64,000 bases of DNA from Candidatus Marinacidobacterales bacterium (GTDB lineage Bacteria > Acidobacteriota > Vicinamibacteria > Marinacidobacterales > SMYC01), in contig OZ250169.1 of the NCBI GenBank assembly GCA_965237955.1, positions 4,992,001 to 5,056,000 of the forward strand. The letters are read 5' to 3'. Positions 55,287-64,000 of this stretch are shown in pieces. Position 1 is the stretch's first letter, and every line of letters begins with the position of its first letter. Under the pieces are notes generated by a model, which did not search any database, was not told the DNA's origin, and saw only the letters and a list, made by a program, of their open reading frames with translations. The position numbers and the translations under genes are program-made.

Positions 55287-57025
55287 ATGAGCAATCCGGC
55301 TCGTAGCTCTATCAAGAAACGAATTCTCCCGACCGGGAGCCCGGTTTCTGAAGGCGCCCCCGCCGGGGCTTGGGTTGTGTCTCTCGCCGACGTGCCTTTA
55401 GCGGACGTGCTCAAAAGGATCGCGCTCGAAGAAAAGAGCGGTGATCTGCAAGTCATTTCAAGGGCGATCGTCAAGACCATTTACTTCGATCGAGGCTTCG
55501 TCGTGTTCGCCTCCAGTAACCTGGAGGCAGACCGGCTCGGGCACCGCCTCATTCAAACGGGTCACATATCCAGGAACGAGTTTGCCGCCGCCGCAAAGCT
55601 CACCGTGGGGAGAAACCGCCGGCTCGGGCAGGCTCTCGTCGATGCTGGCTTGATGTCCGAGGAGGAGCTTGGCCACCAGGTCGCCAGCCAAGTCAACGGC
55701 ATCATCCTTTCTCTCTTCCAGCTTCAAGACGCCATCTACAGCTTCGACGAGAGACCTTGCGCCATCCCAGTCGAACTGATGGTGAGTCTTTCGATTCATC
55801 GTATTCTGCTCGAGGGCATCCGCGATATGACTTGCGTTGAGTTGATTCAAAAGGGGCTGCCCCGTTGGAAAATTGGGTTCAGATCGCCGAACGCCCGCCT
55901 TTTACCATGGACGTCGACAAGCTGACGTCGGCAGAGCAAGCTGTGCACCAGGCCGTCGGCAGAGGCGGAGCGCTCGAGTCCATCCTGCAGAAGTTGTCCG
56001 GAGACCAGTTGGTGCTTCTCCGTGCGTGCTACGGACTCTACGCGTCGGGGATATTCGAGCCCGTCGACCCGAGGGATACCTGGCGTCCCCGGCGGGTGCA
56101 GGAGGAGACCATAGGCTTCCGGCTATCGGCACTGGAGAAAAACGCCGCCCATGTCCAGGCTCAGAACGTCCGGCAGGAAATTCTGATGGAGTTCGATCGG
56201 ATAAAGCGCATCCCGGACGAGGAGGCGCTAGGCATCTATGACGAAGCCGACGCTCACCAGATCTAACGGGCCTATGACGAGCGGTCTCGAGCGTGGGCTC
56301 GCAAGCGGGAGGTCGTCGAAGGCGAGCCATCGCTGGCGAGCAAGGTCGACACAATTCAAGCTTACCTGAAGCAAGCGCACGATCGCTTTCTGTCGTACGT
56401 GACATCGACATCCAACGAAGGTGCGCCCGCCGCCGAGCCGGTCATCCCTGACGCTTCCCAGCCGAACGGAGATGCTCTCGCGTCTCGCAAACGCGAGCGG
56501 CGCGCCCGCGGCCACAAAAAGAAGAGCCGCGCGAGGGCATCCTCTCCCGAGCGAACCGCGCCTGCTGATCACCGCGGCACCGAATCGTCTTCTGCAGAAC
56601 GCGAGGCTCGAGAGTGCCGCATCGAGCAGCTCCTCCGTGACGTCAAGCAGCACTCTCGGTCACGCGATTGGGAGGGCGCCGTCTCACTTCTGTTCGAGCT
56701 AGTGGCGCTTGCACCGGACAACGCCGTCTATCATGGGATGCTTGCAAACGCGATGTCCCGGCATCCCGTCATGCGAATCAATGCGGAGCGGCACTACATC
56801 GAAGCTCTGCGCATCGCGCCTCAAAACGCGGACTTGCATCACTGCCTTGGCCTTTATTACAAATCCTTCGGCATGAACTCCCGTGCCTCCGCCGCCTTCC
56901 GAACAGCCTTGTGCATTGCGCCGGATCATCGAGCCACACAGAGACTTGTCTTCGGGGAACGCGGCGCGGTAGGTGGTCCATGTCCGATTATAGACGGGCG
57001 GGCGCCCGATCCCCGACGCTTGTGA
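55287..57025 (+). pseudogene. DUF4388 + J-like + TPR protein with a frameshift near 55860 and an in-frame TAA at 56264
   Basis: Paralog of 32668..33915 (SGDLQV, SNL..DRLG, YSFDE, WEGAV.LL.ELVALAP.NA.Y, AE.HY..A). Confidence 0.7.
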
Positions 57026-57109
57026 CGGGGTGCTTTTCTGTGGCCGCTGTTGGGAGTCCCCCACGGTAGGACCCGATCGGCGTGCGACTGCCGACTACAA
57101 GTCCCATCG

Positions 57110-57162
57110 AATCAGCTGATTGGCCGGTAACCAACGGTCGCCTCGGCGGCACGCAAGTTGCA
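57110..57162 (+). promoter_or_regulatory. Sigma54 promoter with IHF site
   Basis: CGGCACG-CAAG-TTGCA at 57147-57162; AATCAGCTGATTG at 57110-57122. Confidence 0.7.
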
Positions 57163-57198
57163 CCCCACCACCTCAATTCCACAATCCAGAGGTGAATC

Positions 57199-58948
57199 GT
57201 GATGGGAGCCGTTCGCAGCTCCGGGGGCCGCGCCGTGCGCGCCACGGTCCTCATGGTGGTGCTCTACGCCTTGGCGCACCCGCTCGCGAACACCGCGACG
57301 GCTCAGTCGGGTTGTTTCATCCAAACTCCCGTCGGTGCCGGCGATAACGAGGCACTTGCCGTTGCGCTCCAGGCCGACGGCAAGATCGTTGTCGCTGGAT
57401 ACAGCTTCAACGGCGTGGATGAGGATTTCACGGTCATCCGCTACAACGTTGACCTTAGCCTAGACACGTCGTTCGGTGGTACCGGGATCGTGGTGACGCC
57501 TATCGGTGTAGGAAACGATCGCGCCCGGGCTGTCGCGATCCAGTCGGACGGGAAAATCGTCGCTGCCGGCTCCGCCTTCAACGGAACCGACGACGACTTC
57601 GCCGTCGCTCGCTACAATCCGGACGGGAGCCTGGATGCCTCTTTCGGCACGGGTGGAGTGTCCACCCAATCCATTGGCGCCCAAGACCAAGCACACGGCG
57701 TCGCGATCCAGAGCGACGGCAGGATTGTCGTCGCCGGGCGCGCCTTCATGACCGACGACGACTTCGCCGCCATCCGTTTGAACACCAACGGAACTCTCGA
57801 CACGTCTTTCGACGTCGACGGCATCGTGACGACCTCTATTGGACCTGCGTGGGATATCGGGCGTACCGTTGCGATCCAACTCGATGGCAAGATCGTCGTC
57901 GGTGGCTACTTTTGGAATCTCGTCGACTTGGATCTCGCCCTCGCGCGCTACAACCCAGACGGGAGCCTGGATACGTCGTTCGACGGCGATGGCATCGTCA
58001 CCACATCCTTCAGTACCCGGGACGAAACCGCGACCGCGCTCGCGATCCAGTCAGACGGCGAAATCCTCCTGACCGGAGCCCAACCGACAACGACTGGATC
58101 CTCGTGCGTTACGACCTGGACGGAAGCCTCGACACTTCGTTCGACGGCGACGGATTCGTAACCACCGCGATCGGAGGTGGAAGCGATTTGGCAAACGCCA
58201 TTGTCGTGCAACCGAACGACGAGATCGTGGTCGCTGGACACAGCGACAACCTCACCAACTTCGATATCGCCGTAGGGCGCTACAAGATCAACGGGAGTCT
58301 CGATGCAACGTTCGGCACCGGCGGCATCGTGACGACACCTCTGCTCTCCGGGGACGACCGCGGTGCCGGGGTCGCCCTCGAGGCCGATGGACGGATTGTC
58401 GTCGTGGGGTACACGGACGACGCCGATCGAGATCACGCTCTGGTTCGCTACGAAAAAGACGGCAGTCTAGCCTGTGGGCAAATAAGCCTTCATCCAACCG
58501 GGAACGGCTCGATCAACACCTTTACGATTGTCAGTGGCTGTGCTCCGGACAACTGGGACTGCGTCAACGATCAGCCGGGAAACGCTGGCAGCGGTCCGGC
58601 CGTCGCGAACGACGGGCTCACGAGCTATCTCGAAGACGGTGACGGCGATACCAACCGGGAGATGTTCGCCTTGGACGACGGCACCGTTCCGCTCGGCGCC
58701 ACGATTGTCGAGCTCGAGATCCGCGCCCAAGTCGGGAACCCTGGCGCTCCGAGTCCGACGCTTGGCCTCAGCTATCAGAGAATCGGCTGGGATGGAGCTC
58801 CCGTCGATAGCTCTCCGTTCGGCGTCGGTGTCACTTGCTGTTCGGAGTCGGTCACGTGGACTGTCAGCGGGATCAGCTGGAGCACTGCCGAGCTGGACGC
58901 ACTCGAGATAGGCCTCGTGCACGTCTCCGGTGGTCAGTTACAGGTCAG
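57199..58948 (+). pseudogene. Secreted delta-60 repeat protein truncated by IS110
   Basis: About 7 repeats of Q.DGKIV.AG...DF...RY..DGSLD.SF..G; frameshift near 58085; ends at the IS junction. Confidence 0.85.
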
Positions 58949-59015
58949 CTACGCCCTCGGCCGGAGGCCGGGCCTATCAAGTAGGAAACTACCAAAGCTG
59001 GTAGAAAGGTTGTCG

Positions 59016-59174
59016 GTGAAGGCTCCGGCAGCGAGCCCCGTACTGTCATTGGTGCATGATGCCCCAGGGTCAGCTTGGGTCCGAGCCGGCTCCCTATCAT
59101 TGGCGAGGCTTCCAACGAAAGCACTCCCCACGGTCAGAATCCATTCGATCGCCATCTCGGGCCGGAGCCTTCGC
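59016..59174 (+). ncRNA. Bridge-RNA-like structured RNA in the IS110 left end (copy 1)
   Basis: 14-bp closing stem GTGAAGGCTCCGGC/GCCGGAGCCTTCGC enclosing two stem-loop domains, each containing CCCCA(G/C)GGTCAG. Confidence 0.65.
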
Positions 59175-59614
59175 TCACAAAATACACTTGAGGTGAGCGA
59201 ATGAACAAACGAAAGAAGAGCAAAGCGGCGAAGCGTCTCTCACGGAATTCCCTGCCGTCGATACGACCGATGGTAGCGGGCATCGATCTCGGGAGTCGAG
59301 AGCATTGGGTCTGCGGTCCGCAGCTAGCTGATGGTCGGCCGAACGTGCGGGTGTTTTCCACGACAACGCCGGCGCTGGTTGAGCTTGCGGATTGGCTTAT
59401 CGAGCAAGGTGTGGAGTCGGTGGCGATGGAAAGCACCCACGTCTATTGGATTCCGGTTTATGAGTTGCTCGAATCCCGTGGTATCGAGGTCGTTCTTGTC
59501 AACGCTCGGCAGCTGAAGAACGTTCCGGGTCGCAAAACCGATATGCAAGATTGTCAATGGCTGCAGACGTTACACAGCTGCGGACTTCTGCGTGGCTCGT
59601 TTCGCCCGGGGGAG

Positions 59615-61059
59615 GGAGGTGCCCCCACCATAGTTGAAGGTTCGAGGTGGTGGCGGCTCCTGACACATGGTTTACCCGACTTTGGCGTGCTTGTCGAGCG
59701 CTTGATTCTCAGTGACCTCCGCTAACTTCGCTTCGAGGATCGGTAGCGATTGGTATCCAATGATACGACGGAAATTTTTCTCCGTGGCGAGCAGAGCCGA
59801 AGCGGCCCATCTCAGAACCATCTTGCCATTGCGCCAGCGGGTGACGCGACGGGTACGACCTCGCGCACCGCTGAAGCACGACTCGATGATGTTCGTCGAT
59901 CCAAGGCAGCGTTTCAGAGATGCGGGGAGGTCGAGCTCGTTGATGGTGAACATCTCGTCGAGCCCCTCCCGGATGCTCTCCGCCGCCGAGGGGTAGTCGT
60001 CCTCGAGCCACTTCGCCTGTTGCTCCAACCGCGCTTTGCCCTTCTTTGCTGGGAGCTGCCAGGCCGAACGCAGGCTCGCTTGCACTTGCGGCTTCAGCTC
60101 CTGCGGCAGATAACCGAGCACATTGCGCTCCTTGTGCTTCCTGCAACGCTGGACCTTGTTGTGGGTACCGAACACAGCGTCGACGGCGACCCGTAGCGCC
60201 TTGGAGCCATCGATCACGAACAGCCGACACCGCTCTGGGCTCAGGCCTCGTTCGACCAGGTCCTCCAGCAGCGCCTTGCACACTATCTGGTTCTCCGATG
60301 CTCCATCCCGAAGCCCCAGAACATGCTTGTATCCCTCTGTATCTACGCCGATTGCCGCCAGCGCGTGGTGCTCGCCGAAGCGAATCCCGTCCAGGTACAC
60401 GACCGCGATCTCCAGCTCGTCCAGCGGACGCTCCATCAGCCCCTGCAACTGCTCCGCGCTTGCTTCCACGAACTCACGGCTCACCTCGCTCTTGCTAACC
60501 CCTACCGTCTCCGCCATCTCGGGAAGAACCGACGCGTACTTGCGCGTCGACACACCCAGCATCAGGATTTCCCAGATGCGTTGGCTCAGCCGAGACGAGT
60601 TGTTCACCGCTTCGTAGGCAGGAATCGCAACCTCCCCTCCCTCTGCCTTTCCCTTACGCCGCAGACGTGGCCGGCTCACTCTCAACTTCCGCTCCGCAAG
60701 GCTTACTACGCCACCCTGCCGGCCGTGCCAGCGAACATCGCTACCCTTCTTCCCCGGGTGTTTCTCCCCAGCCACACTTTGGGCTGACAGATCCAAGACC
60801 GCTTCGATCGTCGCTCGGCCAGCAACGTCGATCACTTCGTCGATCGCTATCTCGGTTCGCTCAATCGCATCCAAGAACGGCAACAGAGCTTGCCCCTTCG
60901 AGCTCAGTATCTCTCGAAGCTTCTTCCTGTTCTTCGCATCGATGATTTGGTGATTTGACATCGTGGTGGCTCCTTTCTTTTTCCTTCACAGCCGGATTCT
61001 ATCGAACCCGGCCTTAGGAGCCGCCACTCCTAACCTTCAACTATCTCAGGGGCATCTCC
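59615..61059 (-). mobile_element. IS256-family element, 1445 bp
   Basis: 28-bp imperfect IRs GGAG(G/A)TGCCCC..ATAGTTGAAGGTT; 8-bp TSD CGGGGGAG at 59607-59614 and 61060-61067. Confidence 0.95.
59672..60961 (-). CDS. IS256 transposase
   Basis: GVSTR, YLDG, IDGSKAL, QRC..HK.RN, STN.IES. Confidence 0.95.
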   Translation of the reverse strand: MSNHQIIDAKNRKKLREILSSKGQALLPFLDAIERTEIAIDEVIDVAGRATIEAVLDLSAQSVAGEKHPGKKGSDVRWHGRQGGVVSLAERKLRVSRPRLRRKGKAEGGEVAIPAYEAVNNSSRLSQRIWEILMLGVSTRKYASVLPEMAETVGVSKSEVSREFVEASAEQLQGLMERPLDELEIAVVYLDGIRFGEHHALAAIGVDTEGYKHVLGLRDGASENQIVCKALLEDLVERGLSPERCRLFVIDGSKALRVAVDAVFGTHNKVQRCRKHKERNVLGYLPQELKPQVQASLRSAWQLPAKKGKARLEQQAKWLEDDYPSAAESIREGLDEMFTINELDLPASLKRCLGSTNIIESCFSGARGRTRRVTRWRNGKMVLRWAASALLATEKNFRRIIGYQSLPILEAKLAEVTENQALDKHAKVG

Positions 61060-62116
61060 CGGGGGAGTCGATTTGTCGATTACGCTCGATGCACCGGCAG
61101 CGTCAAGAACTAATCGAGCATCGGGACCAAGCCGTCCAATGGATGCAGAAGGCTCTGGACCAGATGAACGTGCAAGTCCACCGTGCGGTGACCGACATTA
61201 CCGGTAAGACCGGAATGCTCATCGTTCGTGCCATCGTTTCTGGCGAACGTGACCCGATGAAGCTCGCCGAGTTTCGAGATCATCGATGCAAGAAAAGCGT
61301 AGACGAAATCGCAGAGCATCTCACCGGCACTTGGCGTGACGAGCATCTTTTCAATCTCGCATCGGCGCTGCGCCTTTACGATGTGCTACAAGCCGAAATC
61401 GAACTCTACGACCAGCGTCTATCCGTGAAGTGGTCATCGAGCTTCAGCCGACCGAGCGCAGACACGACAGTGTGCCCGCTCATCCGAACCCGAACAAGCA
61501 AAGCGCCATGCGGCGCCGCGGCGAGCAGGAACAGCGAACCGAACTGTGGCGTTTTGCTGGATGCGATCTCACCCGCATCGACGGCATCAGTCCCACCACC
61601 GCCGCCATCATCCTCACCGAGATCGGATGCGACCTCTCCGATTTTCCCAGCGAAAAACACTTCGTCTCATGGCTACGCCTCGTTCCACGTCGCCCCATCT
61701 CGGGTGGAAAGCTACTCTACAAACGCCCCAATGGCACCGGCTCCAACCGTATCGCCGGTGCCTTACGCATGGCTGCATTGTCACTCAACCGTTCGAAGAC
61801 CGCACTTGGTGCTTACTATCGCCGCATCGCCCGACGTAAAGACGCTAAAACCGCGATCTTTGCCACCGCAAGAAAGCTCGCTCAGCTCGTCTTCCGCATG
61901 CTCAAATATGGTCACGAATACACAGACATCGGTGCATCTGCCTTCGAGGAGCGCTTTCGCCGAAACCACATCAACGGCTTGCGAAAGGCAGCCGAAAAGC
62001 TCGGCTTTACACTCACTCCCGAGGCTGCTGCAAAGTAGTTTCGGGTCAGCTACGCCCCCGGCCGGAGGCCGGGCCTATCAAGTAGGAAACTACCAAAGCT
62101 GGTAGAAAGGTTGTCG

Positions 62117-62275
62117 GTGAAGGCTCCGGCAGCGAGCCCCGTACTGTCATTGGTGCATGATGCCCCAGGGTCAGCTTGGGTCCGAGCCGGCTCCCTATCA
62201 TTGGCGAGGCTTCCAACGAAAGCACTCCCCACGGTCAGAATCCATTCGATCGCCATCTCGGGCCGGAGCCTTCGC
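62117..62275 (+). ncRNA. Bridge-RNA-like structured RNA (copy 2)
   Basis: Same sequence as 59016..59174. Confidence 0.65.
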
Positions 62276-62301
62276 TCACAAAATACACTTGAGGTGAGCG
62301 A

Positions 62302-63684
62302 ATGAACAAACGAAGGAAGAGCAAAGCGGCGAAGCGTCTCTCACGGAATTCCCTGCCGTCGATACGACCGATGGTAGCGGGCATCGATCTCGGGAGTCGA
62401 GAGCATTGGGTCTGCGGTCCGCAGCTAGCTGATGGTCGGCCGAACGTGCGGGTGTTTTCCACGACAACGCCGGCGCTGGTTGAGCTTGCGGATTGGCTTA
62501 TCGAGCAAGGTGTGGAGTCGGTGGCGATGGAAAGCACCCACGTCTATTGGATTCCGGTTTATGAGTTGCTCGAATCCCGTGGTATCGAGGTCGTTCTTGT
62601 CAACGCTCGGCAGCTGAAGAACGTTCCGGGTCGCAAAACCGATATGCAAGATTGTCAATGGCTGCAGACGTTACACAGCTGCGGACTTCTGCGTGGCTCG
62701 TTTCGCCCGGGGGAGTCGATTTGCCGATTACGCTCGATGCACCGGCAGCGTCAAGAACTAATCGAGCATCGGGGCCAAGCCGTCCAATGGATGCAGAAGG
62801 CTCTGGACCAGATGAACGTGCAAGTCCACCGTGCGGTGACCGACATTACCGGTAAGACCGGAATGCTCATCGTTCGTGCCATCGTTTCTGGCGAACGTGA
62901 CCCGATGAAGCTCGCCGAGTTTCGAGATCATCGATGCAAGAAAAGCGTAGACGAAATCGCAGAGCATCTCACCGGCACTTGGCGTGACGAGCATCTTTTC
63001 AATCTCGCATCGGCGCTGCGCCTTTACGATGTGCTACAAGCCGAAATCGAACTCTACGACCAGCGTATCCGTGAAGTGGTCATCGAGCTTCAGCCGACCG
63101 AGCGCAGACACGACAGTGTGCCCGCTCATCCGAACCCGAACAAGCAAAGCGCCATGCGGCGCCGCGGCGAGCAGGAACAGCGAACCGAACTGTGGCGTTT
63201 TGCTGGATGCGATCTCACCCGCATCGACGGCATCAGCCCCGATACCGCCGCGATCCTACTCACCGAGGTCGGGTTCGACCTCTCTGCCTTCCCCAGTGAA
63301 AATCACTTTGTCTCGTGGCTCCGTCTTGCGCCGCGCCGCCCCATCTCGGGTGGAAAGCTACTCTACAAACGCCCCAATGGCACCGGCTCCAACCGTATCG
63401 CCGGTGCCTTACGCATGGCTGCATTGTCACTCAACCGTTCGAAGACCGCACTTGGTGCTTACTATCGCCGCATCGCCCGACGTAAAGACGCTAAAACCGC
63501 GATCTTTGCCACCGCAAGAAAGCTCGCTCAGCTCGTCTTCCGCATGCTCAAATATGGTCACGAATACACAGACATCGGTGCATCTGCCTTCGAGGAGCGC
63601 TTTCGCCGAAACCACATCAACGGCTTGCGAAAGGCAGCCGAAAAGCTCGGCTTTACACTCACTCCCGAGGCTGCTGCAAAGTAG
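62302..63684 (+). CDS. IS110 DEDD recombinase (460 aa)
   Basis: GIDLG, AMEST, KTDMQDC (RuvC D-E-D-D); catalytic Ser in PISGGK; ARKLA. Confidence 0.95.
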   Translation: MNKRRKSKAAKRLSRNSLPSIRPMVAGIDLGSREHWVCGPQLADGRPNVRVFSTTTPALVELADWLIEQGVESVAMESTHVYWIPVYELLESRGIEVVLVNARQLKNVPGRKTDMQDCQWLQTLHSCGLLRGSFRPGESICRLRSMHRQRQELIEHRGQAVQWMQKALDQMNVQVHRAVTDITGKTGMLIVRAIVSGERDPMKLAEFRDHRCKKSVDEIAEHLTGTWRDEHLFNLASALRLYDVLQAEIELYDQRIREVVIELQPTERRHDSVPAHPNPNKQSAMRRRGEQEQRTELWRFAGCDLTRIDGISPDTAAILLTEVGFDLSAFPSENHFVSWLRLAPRRPISGGKLLYKRPNGTGSNRIAGALRMAALSLNRSKTALGAYYRRIARRKDAKTAIFATARKLAQLVFRMLKYGHEYTDIGASAFEERFRRNHINGLRKAAEKLGFTLTPEAAAK

Positions 63685-63695
63685 TTTCCGGTCAG

Positions 63696-64000
63696 ATTGC
63701 GAAAAACGACGAGCCAGCCAAGTCCCGCTACATCGCCTCCGAGGTTTCGGAGCGGGTGCACGATCGCGCCAATTACCAATGCGAATTTTGCGCCTCTGAC
63801 GGGACGCGATGTAGCTCACGCACCGGACTTCAAATTGAGCATGTGCGACCGTTTGGCATCTTTCGCAGCAACGACGAGCGATTTCTTCAACTCCACTGCC
63901 TCGCACAATGGATTAGCTGCGGAACGCGTCTACGGGGCGGCTTTCATCCAGCGGAAGATTGTTGAACGGCGCAGCCGTCACGGAGCGCGCCGGTGCGCTC
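63696..64000 (+). pseudogene. C-terminal HNH-endonuclease-like remnant
   Basis: VHDRANYQCEF..DGTRC..R..LQIEHVRPF..LHC.AHN..AAERVYG, frameshifted; no N-terminus after the IS. Confidence 0.6.

Larger units (their letters stand above)
58949..62049 (+). mobile_element. IS110-family element copy 1 (interrupted by IS256; 2-bp insertion near 61420)
   Basis: Near-identical to copy 2; bounded by GGTCAG at 58943-58948 and 62044-62049; no terminal IRs. Confidence 0.92.
62050..63695 (+). mobile_element. IS110-family element copy 2, intact, 1646 bp
   Basis: 252-bp non-coding left end, transposase, 11-bp right end TTTCCGGTCAG. Confidence 0.93.

Overview
GC-rich bacterial chromosome segment, probably Acidobacteriota (inferred from an ADOP-type permease remnant and the DUF1080 and DUF4388 content). 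Many genes are split by 1-2 nt indels, often in homopolymers, which suggests long-read consensus errors. There are also at least 10 large-deletion gene remnants. Bases 1-3.9 kb are the eroded end of an element integrated in tRNA-Leu(CAG): an integrase C-terminal remnant, arm-type repeats, an IHF-like site and only the 5' half of the tRNA. Upstream of that tRNA is a leader peptide with rare Leu codons followed by a terminator, resembling a ribosome-mediated attenuator of a tRNA gene. The middle holds mnmA, a CCA-adding enzyme, metX-metY, nfeD-nfeD-floA, arfB, an OmpR-type two-component system and several large secreted proteins. A PilZ-PilZ-GGDEF-DUF4388/TPR-delta-60 cluster at 52-59 kb has repeated sigma54 promoters. 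Mobile elements are an IS3 with a 4-bp TSD and two tandem IS110 copies, the first interrupted by an IS256 with an 8-bp TSD. The IS110 left end encodes a two-domain bridge-RNA-like structure whose two near-identical guide-like motifs match GGTCAG at all three junctions, which offers a self-targeting explanation for the tandem. Product calls come from motif recognition only; no database searches were run.
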